Positions 33,223-44,339 of a stretch of 64,000 nt of DNA are shown here, piece after piece; position 1 is the first letter of the stretch, and each line of letters opens with the position of its first letter. Position numbers and translations under genes: made by a program. This DNA is from Felis catus (taxonomy: Eukaryota), in the NCBI RefSeq assembly GCF_018350175.1, contig NC_058368.1, forward strand, positions 110,486,001 through 110,550,000, given 5' to 3'. The notes beneath the pieces were generated by a model. The model worked only from the letters and a program-made list of their open reading frames with translations. It ran no database searches and had not been told where the DNA came from.

Positions 33223-34857
33223 GGACCGATATCTGACAGTGCCTTGGAACTGGTGGCTATGCTAGTCTGGAGGTGGGGTTGTCTGGTCTGTTCAATGTCA
33301 ATCTTGCTCCAGGAGGTAGCAGTTACCAGGCATGGAGAGGCGTGGTTTGGTGTAGGGGGGACCCGCCTCCACTACGGCCTGTTTTCCATTCCCTGAAGCC
33401 CCAACTTGTTGGTGATGGGGTGAAAAATGGCGACATCCCAGTCTCTTCTCCCCAGACTGAATGTCCCAGACCACTCTGTTCAGGCCATCCTCACAATGCC
33501 GTGGGGGCGTGAGCAGGCCATTTTGTCCCACTCCACAGTCTCCCGTGCCTTCCAGGTGCTTGGCTGGGATTCAAACCCTGATGTCTTAAAGGATCCTCTC
33601 CACATGCCCCACCACGGTAGTGCCACTCTGCCCAGCTGACAAAGGGCCTCTGGCTGGCAGGCATCTGCAGGGACTTTTGTCCTTGGAGGGACTATATACC
33701 TTCTTCCCACAACACTCAAGGTAGGAGACTGCTCTCTCTTACTACAACTCTGAGCTCACTACCAAGCCCAGGGCCAGCTCCTCCTCCCCTCACCCCCAGG
33801 CATGTGTACAGGATGGCAGGCCCCAGTCCAGAAAAAGCCCCACAACCTTGGATCTTGTTAGAGATTGGTTCTTTCTCCGTTTTTTCAGTTCCCTGGTCCG
33901 TGGTCTGGAGAGGGTTTTCTCTTGTCCAAATACAGTCCTACATTTCCATAGCCTCTCTTTCTCTTCCTTTTGTCTCTCCACAGAAGGGGATCCCTCCCCT
34001 CAATGCCTATGCCACCCATTTTCTCTCTCTCAATTCACAATCATGCACCTATGGCCTGCCAAGCTGTTCCCGTGGGCCCCTGGAGATGTCTCTGTCACTC
34101 TGTAGCCCGGATTCCTAGAATTTCAGTCTTCTGGCCTCAATACTGCTGTGTTTGAGGGAAAAGGGAACTTCAGGCCCTTCTACTTCTCCACCATGTTGAC
34201 TCCTCCCTCCAAGCCACACTTGATTAAGAAAGCAAAATCTTCCAAAGTTTGGCATAAAGAGCATGTCCCTCTTTTGGAAGCCAAATTGCACAGGAGTTGG
34301 GAGTGGAGGAAATAATGGATTAACAGATCTTTATTCCATGCCAGGGACCCTCTCACACTGAGGATGATACCAGCCAGCTCAGGGATATATCAGTTTGGAA
34401 AGGGGATAGTGAAGCTAAACAAAGTATGGCCACAGACTTGCCTCTCTCTTACTTTTCTTTGTGATGTTCTGGCGAGAGGACACTCAGATAACTTGGAGGA
34501 CCAGAAAATTAAACTTTCCATCATAAAAAAATTAGGGCCAGAAGGAGCTCAGACAGGGAAAAGTAGAGGTAGGGGAAAGCAGTAGCCAAAGTAAGAAGGT
34601 CAACAGCAGAGGTCAAGGAGGTCAGCAAGCAGGAGGGAGGGGGGCACGTTCACCATCAGTGTCATTTTGAAACGTAAAATGCTAAGAGAAAGTTTCAAAT
34701 TATCTGGAAAACTGTATACAGTACCTCAGTGATGAGGAATAATGAGAGTTTAGTAAAGCAAGTTCTGAACCGTACCTAAGGGCTCACGTTTTCTTAAATT
34801 TCACTCCTATTTATCTCCCATTGTACTTCACAGATGCATGTGAGAACATGGCTAGTT

Positions 34858-34994
34858 CCAGGTGCTCTCAATTCCAGGTTCCTATCAGAACCAAGACCAG
34901 GGCCTCACCCAGACCGCCTGAATCAGAATCTCAAGGCAAAAGGCCTGGATATCCATATGTAGCTCCAACGTGCAGCCAGGGTTGAAAACCACTG
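34858..34994. mobile_element. MER5-like hAT-Charlie fragment
   Basis: 'cccagaccgcctgaatcagaatct...gcagccagggttgaaaaccactg'. Confidence 0.65.
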
Positions 34995-35399
34995 CTCACA
35001 GAGACTAACATAAGATTGGTGGCTGAAGGGGACGGACAGAAAAGGGTCTAGCAAGTCAGGCACAGTATAACCGTGGGCTCCTCCTGACTGAATCATGTAG
35101 AGGAGATTCTTGAACTACTCTTTGCTAAATCCTACATTCCAAGAGAATTAGCAATCAAAAGCTTCATGATTAAATCGTTTCAATGGGAAGGTGCCCATTT
35201 CCCATTTCCTAACTCAGGACTTGAAGCCTGGAGGACATCTGCTACCTTATTCATGTTTGAGAAGCGGCCCAAGACATTCACTTTGGCTAACAAAACCTGG
35301 AGGGTTCTGGACTATTTCAGTGGCTTATGGGAGAAATGGAACAGAATACTTGAAAAAAGACTATTCCCCAAAATGCAGATTGCAACATAGTTGTAAGGC

Positions 35400-35577
35400 T
35401 GATTGGCCAACTCATGTGGACATCAGAATTAGCTGGCAATCTGACTTGAAAACATACACTCACAGGCCCTGCCTCCAGGTTTACTAAAACAGAATGTTTA
35501 GGGGTGAATTCTAGGAATTGTATTTTTAAACGTTTTCCCAGGCATTTCTGGCACAAAGCCAGATTAGGAAATCGTTG
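35400..35577. mobile_element. MER5-like hAT-Charlie element
   Basis: 'catcagaatta...ggccctgcctccagg...ctaggaattgtatttttaaac...cccagg...agattaggaaatc'. Confidence 0.6.
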
Positions 35578-36347
35578 GTCTGTGCTGCTTCCTACCCACA
35601 AGCAGAGAAAGACTAGCGATTATCTCACAGAGCAATATCCTGAAAACCCCTTCTTTCTGGAAAGAGTACCCAGAATTGTATCCTAGGCACCAAGGGGAAA
35701 CCCACACCCCTATAGAGCCAGTCATGCAATCCCAAGCATCACAGAAGCCAACAGAGACTCCAGCCTGACATTTGCAAAGACCTGGAAAATCGTGTCAGGC
35801 AAAACCTAATGAAGTACTTGTTACACAATACAGAAGAAGCAGCAAGGAGGGAAGTCAATAGGTGTCTGAACACCCAGGAAAAGTTCCCAAGAGCCTTAAA
35901 GAATATTAGGATATGCATTCATGGGAAGGAGAGTGCATAGCCAGCAAGGTGGATGGTGTGGCGAAGGCTGGGGGCACAGATGTACCCCAAGAACTGGCCT
36001 GTCCAAGGGAGAGGTGTTTTCCAGGCAGGTGCGTCCCCATGGGGACAGCAGGTAGTAGGGGAGGACCTTGCACTCTGGGCCTCCAGAGCTCTTCTGAACA
36101 CATGGTCCCTGCTCCAGCTCTCCAGGACCACCCTGGAGAAAGACAGAGCCCAACAGGGTGTAGTCAGGTGGGGCCACGTTACTGCTTAGGATGCAAATCG
36201 TCTCAACTCTGCTGATTCAGATTCTTGCAAGGTTTGCCAAGTCTCTGACTGTTCATCATGACCCCCCTCCCTGAGATAAAAAGCCCAGGAAAAGCCATTT
36301 ACAAAGGGGATGCTGACCCAGCACTCCAGGGAGGCTGAGGGATGGCC

Positions 36348-36402
36348 CATTGATTGGCTCCCTGGCCCTGCAATTCTCAGATAACCCCAGGGTGGGGCCA
36401 GT
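36348..36402 (+). repeat. 55-bp dispersed direct repeat, copy 1
   Basis: cattgattggctccctggccctgcaattctcagataaccccagggtggggccagt; 53/55 identical to 38391-38445. Confidence 0.97.
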
Positions 36403-36798
36403 GCCCCCCCAGGGTCGGGGGGGGGGGTGCGGGGGAAGGGGGGTTCCTGAGCAAGCAAGTGCTAGGAAATCTGGCCATTGAGCAGCAGATAAAATATTCC
36501 AGCCCTCCAAACCCCATGGGTGTCATTCTGAGCAGAAAATAACATTATAGGCTGATGTTAGGTCATTGGATAATTAGGTAAAATGAATGACTAAGTAGAC
36601 TTTAAAAGCCAGCTACCAGCGATGCCCTAGGCTGAGGCACTGACCCATCCTCACTTATCGGAGCCCTGGAGATTTAGAGAAGAGGCCATAGCACTTATGG
36701 TGACCTTCTCCTAGAGTGGCCCCAGGGAGGGCCTGGCCCTTGGTGCTTAGCTGTAGTTCTAAGCTAAACTTGGAGAGGACATTAAGACTGCTCCAGCA

Positions 36799-37007
36799 GG
36801 GGCGCCTGGGTGGTTCAGTCGGTTGCACATCAGACTCTTGATTTCAGTTCAGGTCATTATCTCATGGTTCGTGAGATAGAATTCCACACTGGGCTCTGCA
36901 CTGACAGTGCAGAGCTAGCGTGGGAATCTCTCTCTGCCCCTACCCCACCCGTGTGCTCACTCTCTCTCTCTCTCAAAAAAAGTAAACTTTAAAAAAATAA
37001 AAATAAA
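36799..37007 (+). mobile_element. Can-SINE, older subfamily
   Basis: TSD aagactgctccag (36784-36796) / aagattgctccag (37008-37020). Confidence 0.93.
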
Positions 37008-37383
37008 AAGATTGCTCCAGTCTCTTTCCACAAGGCCCTCCAGGCCCCACACAGCTCCCTGCTGCCCACGAATACCCGGGCCCAAGCCTACCCCTCACAT
37101 GCCTGTTCCAGCAGCACACTCCCTGGGCCAACCTGGGGAAGTAACAAACACTTCTAGAAACATACCCTCTTGTGTGACTGTCCACTCCCACAACATGTGG
37201 TGCTTTTACTTCTATTGTTCTCTCATTAAATGTTCCCAGTGGGGTCTGTTATCATCTCCATTCTACACAGGCACATGTGGAGGCTCAAGTCACACCGTGA
37301 GGAAGGGGTGGAGCCTCGATATTTGAACCTTGCCCTGTCTGATTCCAAGACCATGCTCTTGTCATAATTAATGGGGGTTCCAC

Positions 37384-37845
37384 TGTATCCATCAGAGTCC
37401 AGTTAGGGATGGAGAAACCATGGCAGGTCCTTCACACAGAGATTTAACACAGCAAATCACTCACACAGGTGCTGGGACAGCAAGAAGGAGAAGGTAAGGT
37501 GACCCGGAGATCAGGAAATGCAAGGAGCCAATACCTCCCCAGGGGCTGGGGTCACAAAGAGAGGAGATGATGTTACCCGGAGCAGAGAGGAGGGGCTTCA
37601 GCCCTGAAAGCTGGGAGCAGGGAGGAAGACCACCAGCACAGGAGCTGCCCAACCCCAGAGACACCACTGGAAGAAGAAGGGAGTGAGGAAAACCTGGGCT
37701 TCCCTAGCCTTCCTGCCTCCTGGGCCTCCTATACACAGAACCCAACAAGAAGTCACCGGCACAGAAGCCTGGGAAACACAGTCCATGGACTCAGGGTCCA
37801 GAAATACATACAGATGGAGGGCCGAGCTGAGAGACAAAAGTGGAG
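37384..37845 (-). mobile_element. Old ERVL-type LTR (LTR41/LTR50-like)
   Basis: 'tgtatccatcagagtccagttaggga...gagaaacca', 'ccaggggctggggtcacaaag', end 'gagctgagagacaa' resemble the recalled LTR41-group consensus. Confidence 0.5.
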
Positions 37846-37859
37846 AAGCAGCAGAGTTC

Positions 37860-38045
37860 TATGGCACCCAGCATCGTACCGAGTGTTTTCTATACCGGCC
37901 ATCATATTCGTTCCAGCAACCCTGTGCTGGTGGCATCATTACTGTCCTATTTGAGAGATATGGAAAATGAAACTTGAGGGGCCACATAACATGCTCAAGG
38001 TCATCCAGGAGAATTCATATTCCAACCCACATCTGCCATGCTCCT
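37860..38045 (-). mobile_element. MIR
   Basis: 'cagcaaccctgtg...cattactgtcctatttgagagatatggaaaatgaaac...aacatgctcaaggtcatccag'. Confidence 0.6.
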
Positions 38046-38390
38046 AACCCCGGGTACACCCGGAACCAGGCGTAAACATGGCAACCTTGCCCTAGGAGCT
38101 GCGACCCAAGGACCTCACGACGTGTGGCCTACTAGAGCGGGCCACCATCCCCACGGTGCCACCCACTCACTCCTTCAGGGACAGTGAGTGCAGGGCTGAC
38201 TCACACCTCACCATCCACAGCAGCAGCCAGAGCCAACCAGGGGCAATGGCATTAGTAGCACTCACCCTGCCAGAACCCGCAGCAAGTCCGTATGGGGCTG
38301 CTGGCCAGGGAAGCAGCTTTGCAGCAGAGCCCAGCCCCAGGCCAGTGTCTGAAGGCCCAGGGCTCTTCCACTCTGGGTCCGTCCCAATTT

Positions 38391-38445
38391 CATTGATTGG
38401 CTCCCAGGCCCTGCAATTCTCAGATAACCCCAGCGTGGGGCCAGT
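38391..38445 (+). repeat. 55-bp dispersed direct repeat, copy 2
   Basis: cattgattggctcccaggccctgcaattctcagataaccccagcgtggggccagt. Confidence 0.97.
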
Positions 38446-38965
38446 AACCCAGTAGCTCTGCATACAGCAGATCCGGCTCCAGAAGAGGGGAGCCAGCTAT
38501 GTCCCTGGGGAATGCAACATGGCTAATTCCTCTGAAACCTCCATTAACTTTACTACTTCTCTGTAAGTGCTTCATTGTAAATAATGATTCCGCACCTCCA
38601 AAACACACTGCTGGAATCTCCCAGCGAACATAAAATTAAATTCCGCTCCCATGGCCCACTCGTGAAGCGTACTGTGCGAGCTACATCATCATCGTCCAGG
38701 CCACAGAGGCCCGCAAATGTGTTCTATCAATTCCAGGGCAGGCTTGAGCGTCATCTGCCTTACAAAACAGGTCAGTGCACCCTGCCCCTTCTTGGTGCCC
38801 CACACCAAACTCCCTCTCTCCACACTCCTTTTCTGGAAGGAGGAATTAGACCTCATTTGTGGGTACAAAGAGTTCCCCACTCATCTCGGAAGCGAGGTCG
38901 GCTTAGAGCCCCCGACCCAGCCCTCCCCTTACAAAAAATTCCAAGAAAAAGATGTTTCTGAAAAC

Positions 38966-38966
<1 letters not shown>

Positions 38967-39011
<45 letters not shown>
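38967..39011. repeat. (CA)n microsatellite, about 22 units
   Basis: Pure CA run. Confidence 0.97.
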
Positions 39012-39013
<2 letters not shown>

Positions 39014-39864
39014 TTCCAGGAAGATCAACAGGACTTCTTGAAGTAAGTAGGTGTGTCCAGCCCTCCACCCACATGCCCACCCCTCACACACAGCTTCCTA
39101 GATCCTGTCCCAATGTTTCATTCCCTACCTGCAGCTTCCCTGTCTCACGTACTCAGTGAACACCTCCCTTAACTTTGAGGAGAGACACCATAGTTCAGCT
39201 AAAATAAGAACTGCCTGGAACAAGAGACTGAAGTCAACTTCTCTTTGAAAAGAAACACGCACGCACACTGTCTCCCACCAGCTGGGAAGGCACAAAAATG
39301 GCTTGTGGGTGCAAGGCCGCTGGGGAGACACCTTCGCCCTGGACCGTTTATAGGCAACAGGTTCTAGTGATGCCCAGAGCTCTCTGCTGGAACCCTCCTT
39401 CTTCACTCTGCTCGGCAGGGGCTGAGAAGCACAAGGTATCACTGCTGAGCTGGCAGGACCCTCTGTTTGGCCTTCTGGAATGCCCTCTTCCCCTCTCAGC
39501 AGGCTGAAGAGCAGCCTTGAGAGGCCCCTGGATCCGCAGGCTTTAATGGATACGTCTGTGTCTTTGGGTTCCTTGCGAAACTTATGGCAGTGCTCGAATT
39601 GCAGACAGGTTTAGGTGATCCGAGAAATTCATGGCACATCCAAAGATCAAGATGAAACTAGGCTGCCCACACACATTATTCTAGATGAGACGCCCTGTTT
39701 CCAACATCAAGTTGCCACCTCAGATTGAGGGGGGAAAAAAGGGTCTGTTTTTCAAAAACTAAAAGCCTAAATAAAGCCTTGAGCAGGAAGTATATTCAGG
39801 CTGGGGGACCCAATATTAACTTCCCCTGGCCAGCACCTTCTTGATCATCAACTGACAGTGTGAC

Positions 39865-40035
39865 AGCCACACTTCCTGCACTTGGAGCGGGGACTGCATT
39901 TAATCCCCAGAGCAGCCTGAGCAGGCATTCAGCTCCACTTTCAGATGAGGTGAAGTCGACTGGTGTGCATGGTGACTCACACATGGTCACACAACTGTCG
40001 GAAATGGCAGAAGTAAGACTCAAACTCCATTCTTC
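39865..40035 (-). mobile_element. MIR
   Basis: 'catttaatccccagagcagcctg...ccactttcagatgaggtgaa...ggtcacacaactgtcggaaatggcaga'. Confidence 0.65.
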
Positions 40036-41166
40036 TTGCTCCAAAACCTCTGCCCAGCCCGCAGGAGCTCCTATTCTGCAGGAGCCTGAGGTCAGCATGC
40101 TGGCAGTTGCTAAGTCATATCTACTCCAGGGTGGCTTCCCACTGAGCATCCCCTCCCCCACAGAGCCGCCCCAGGGAGAACCCAGCTGTCACACCGCATT
40201 GCTCTGCTTTCATTTCCACTTCCCTTGTGACCTCAGCCTCACCAGGATGTTCCCTCAAATTAGATCCCAGAAGGAACTTCAAGGCAAATTCTTTCTTTTG
40301 TGACGTTTATGGAACTTGTCATTGTTTATGCTATTATAGTGCCATCAGATGCTGCTGAACATTCCTCCTGGTTATGCTGGAAGCTGGTTTTCTTCCCCCT
40401 CAGGCAGGAAGCACCCTCAGGACACTATCTTGGTTGTCTGCTGCTGGTGTTACCTCCTCACCTCCTACCCTACTTAATGGCTATTTGTTTCCTGTGAAAC
40501 ACAACCGACTGGTCTTTCAGCGTCAACCATTCCCAGGGTCGGATGTTTACATTACAGAGTCTGTCAGCCTCCGTGTAACAGAGAAGACAGAGAGTGACTT
40601 TGCAGGGACAACCATATGCCAGAGGTCCCCAACTCCACAACACTCCACCAAACCAAAAAGCACACACAGCTCGAGCTTTTATGAGTTGAGTATTCAGGCT
40701 TCACAGCTGACTTTTCCAGGCAACTGAAAAGCAAGAATTTCACCAATCTTGGGGTCATCCCTGAGCTGGGGATGAAGGAGAAACCGAGTCACATAATATC
40801 TCCTTGCTCACCAGGGACTTCTCAACTTGTTAGAGAGAAAAACACATATAAACTATTACAGAACAAGGCAAGGTGTATTACAAATAAATAGCATATCCTA
40901 ACAAAAAAGTTCTATGTTCCGAGAAGGCATTAATTGGTGAAGTTTCAGATCTGCAAGGAAGTTGGAAGAGAAGCCACTCTTCTATTTGAAAGCTATCTGT
41001 TCCGAAAACTTGTTTTAAGGCTTTCCTCTAAAACTTGAATACCAACTATGTTACAGGCTGTTGTCAAACTTTGGAGAATCCATGAGGAAGGGGGCAAAGA
41101 AAGAAAAAAAGGTGTGAAAATACTAATTAAAGGGAAAAAGCCTCTCTTAAAAGAACTTTCTTCTGT

Positions 41167-41385
41167 GGGGCGCCTGGGTAGCTCAGTCAGTTAAGCGTCC
41201 AACTTCCGCTCAGGTCATGATCTTGCGGTTCATGAGTCCGAGCCCTGCATCAGGCTCTGGGCTGACAGCTCAGAGCCTGGAGCCTGTTTCGGATTCTGTG
41301 TCTGCCCTTCTCTCTCTCTACCCTCCCCCCGCTTGCACTCTGTCTCTGTCTCTCCCAAAAATAAATTAAAACAAAATCTTTTTAA
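41167..41385 (+). mobile_element. Can-SINE (SINEC_Fc/Fc2-like)
   Basis: TSD gaactttcttctg at 41153-41165 and 41387-41399. Confidence 0.95.
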
Positions 41386-41699
41386 GGAACTTTCTTCTGA
41401 GTAGGCACAGAATTTCCTGAGGGATGCCTGATGACATTCTGACTTTTCACAAAAAGGTTATAATCTCTTTTTCATCTGGTCCTTGCCAAGCCTCAGCTGG
41501 AAAGAGACCCTGCCTAGGACACAGGGACACCAAGGGACAGAATGAGAGCTTCACTCTCCAAGGCTGTGACAAAGGACAGTGGACAGGGATATTAGCACCG
41601 TGAGTTTCCATATGTGATTGCATATATGAAAGCCAGGCTCTAAAGAAGGAAAAGCAAACCAACTGTCCATGCAAACGTGAGCTCCCTCTGCCACGAGGC

Positions 41700-42061
41700 A
41701 GAAGGGTCCCTGGGAAGTGGCCACCCAGCAAGGGCATCCATTCCCAGCCCTGTCTGCATCCAGAACTGGCCATGTGACTAATTCTCAAAAACAGACTAAG
41801 AAAACATGAGCATCCTTCCCTTGTAGGTAAGAAGGAGGTGTGCATTCTCCACTCTCTCTTCTTGCCAGCTAGACACCAAAAACAACATGGCCCTCAGGAA
41901 CAGAGGAGTCCAGATGAGCAGAATCTGGGGCCTTGAACACCATGGGGAAAAGCTACCTGCTAACGAAGAACATCAACAACAACAAAGCTTCTATTGAAGT
42001 AAAACCACTGAGATCTGGAAGTTGATTTTTCACAGCAGCTAGTGTTGCCACAACAAATACA
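41700..42061 (+). mobile_element. Old MaLR LTR (MLT1J/H-like)
   Basis: 'ggccatgtgactaattct', end 'cttctattgaagtaaaaccactgagatctggaagttg...cagcagctagtgtt...aataca'. Confidence 0.6.
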
Positions 42062-42255
42062 AGACTACAGTGAGTTGTTCTACCAAGTCCAATATAACCA
42101 AGCAGAGATTTATAATAGCTGAAGATGTGCAAGGAGGTACTGAAGCGTTTCTATTTCTACAAAATTTTGCCCAGATTGTATAGCATACTTTTATGTAAAA
42201 CAGCCAGCACTTGTTATAATTTTTTCAACAACAACAAAAATTTAATTACTATTAT

Positions 42256-42460
42256 TTTCTTAATGTAATTTATTTTTGAGAGAGGGGAGAAACAGAGTGT
42301 GAGTGGGGGAGGGGCAGAGAGACAGAGACAGAATCTGAAGCAGGCTCCAGGCTCTGAGCTGTTAGCACAGAGCCCGACACAGGACTGAAATTCACAAACC
42401 GTGAGATCATGGCCTGAGCTGAAGTCAGAGGCTTAACCGACTGAGCCACCCAGGCACCGC
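42256..42460 (-). mobile_element. Can-SINE (SINEC_Fc2-like)
   Basis: Reverse-complement SINE body ending 'gactgagccacccaggcaccgc'. Confidence 0.92.
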
Positions 42461-43299
42461 ACTGTTTACTTATTATTTGTAAGCAAATCATTCTAGTAGA
42501 TTTAAGCAGAAAAGAAATGTCTCTAAAGAACACTGACTAGACAATGATGATCAATGGATGCTAAAATATTCAAAAAATTAGAGAACTGGATAGTCAGACG
42601 GTGCAAAATTAGTGTCCAAAGATTACCTGCTGTTGTAAGGAGAAAAGTCCAATTTTGTGATGAAGGATTCAGGCTGCCACAACTGAATCCACCAATCATA
42701 CCAGTAGCCATAAAAGTAGGGACACAAACACCGTGACACAGCATCACTACCAAATATTCTTACCAAAACAGTTAAACCTGAATCTAACCTAGTCTCTTCA
42801 TCAATTTTTTTTCCTTTACAGGAGGGGCCAGGGACAGTGGAACAAGCAGAGACACCACCACCAGGAAATAATCAGATGAATCTAGAACGTGAGACCTTCT
42901 ACAGGACAACTGAGCTGGTTTCTTCAGGAAAACAAGTCGGTGACATGACATGATTCTACTGTGAAAGAGACCTCTGAGACAGAAAACTATAAGCACAGTG
43001 TGGACCCTGGGTGGATCCAGACTTAAACTCAACTATAAAAAGGCATCTTGAGACAATCAGGGGAATATAGACTAGATACTAAGTGAGATTGAAGAATTAC
43101 TGTTAATCATGCTAAGTAAGATGAAAACTGTGAGGTTATGTAAAAAAAAAAAAAAGTCTTTACTTTTTATAAATTCATGCTGAAGTATTGGGAATGAGAT
43201 ATTCTTAAAATTCTTTAGGCAGAAAGAGATAAAAAAGCGGGGGGGTGATAGAAAAAAAGGGGGAGTGGTGGACAAAGTTTAAATAATTGTTGAATCTGC

Positions 43300-43506
43300 A
43301 GTGCCGGGGTGGCTCAGTCGGTTAAGCATCTGACTTCGGCTTAGGTCATGATCTCGTGGTTCGAGGGTTTGAGCTCCGCATCAGGCTCTGTGCTAACAGC
43401 TCAGAGCCTGGAGCCTGCTCTTGATTCTGTGTCTCCCTCTCTCTCTGCCTCTCTTTCTCTCTCAAAAATAAATAAACATTTAAAAATTAGTATTGCTTAA
43501 AAAAAA
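43300..43506 (+). mobile_element. Can-SINE (SINEC_Fc2-like)
   Basis: Perfect 19-bp TSD aaataattgttgaatctgc at 43281-43299 and 43507-43525. Confidence 0.95.
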
Positions 43507-43597
43507 AAATAATTGTTGAATCTGCCCAGTGAGTATGTAGGGGCTCAGGTTTATTATGTGATTTTCTTTTCTCTAACATTTGTTATGGTTAACATTT

Positions 43598-43820
43598 AAA
43601 AAAAAATTTTTTTTCAGTTTATTTATTTATTTTAAGAGAGAAACAAAGAGAGCAAGTGTGGAAGGGGCAGAGAGAAAGGGAGAGAGAGAGAATCCCAAGC
43701 AGCCTCCCCAATGTCAGTGAAGAGCCCAACGCAGGGCTCAAACTCACAAACTGTGAGATCATGACCTAAGCCAAAACCAAGAGTCGGGCTCGTAATGGAC
43801 TGAGCCACCCAGGCGCCCCC
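43598..43820 (-). mobile_element. Can-SINE, older subfamily
   Basis: TSD gttaacattt at 43588-43597 and 43822-43831. Confidence 0.93.
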
Positions 43821-44339
43821 AGTTAACATTTTTTATAATAAAGAATGCTAAATCGCTCCCACAGTCCCCGAGAAGGCCAGAGAACCAGCCTGGGAGGCAC
43901 ACTATCAGGAACAGATCTTCACATCTGCTCCAGAACTAGGCCCCAAAATTCATCACTGGTGCCCCAGGACCAGGTTCAAACACCTGGCTGGAGCCCAATA
44001 CAAGGCATTGCCACAATTAGGACCACTGCCCATGGTCATGGCTGGTGCTGTCACCAGGATAGAGTCCAGATGGTCTCTTCCTGCACCCTGGTCGCCGGGG
44101 AAGCCAGAAAGTAAGTACCGGGCATCTTCAACTGTATAGAGTAAGAGAGGCTCTGCCTTAAAATGTGGAAATGCCCCTAAGAATAAGGAGGCGCACAAAC
44201 TGGAAAGCCAAAAAGAATAACAAATGACCATAATACAGATGTGAATGAAAACACCTGAGTGACCTTCTGTGCCCGTACCTGTGGCTCCATTCTTGGTACT
44301 AACAGGAAGGGACTCTCCCTGCTGCAAAATCCATGCTCC

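Larger units (their letters stand above)
27586..34210 (-). mobile_element. Full-length carnivore LINE-1, inactive (6625 bp)
   Basis: Perfect 15-bp TSD aagccacacttgatt (27571-27585 and 34211-34225); 5' end ggagggaggagtcaacatggtgg (degenerate YY1-site start); ORF1 and ORF2 remnants; G-rich 3' UTR and short A tail. Confidence 0.97.
42480..43842 (+). mobile_element. Old L1M 3' end (L1MC4/5-like), interrupted by two SINEs
   Basis: 'ttaaacctgaatcta', 'ttctacaggacaactgagctggtttcttca', 'cttgagacaatcagggga', 'aataattgttgaatctg...gtgagtatgtaggggctca', end 'ttttataataaa'. Confidence 0.7.

Noticed and set aside
44050..44116. Possible exon ending at an 'aaa/gtaagt' donor; also a minus-strand 'cag/gtgag' near 7595
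   Set aside because: Isolated splice-like motifs without a supported acceptor, a recognisable reading frame or neighbouring exons.
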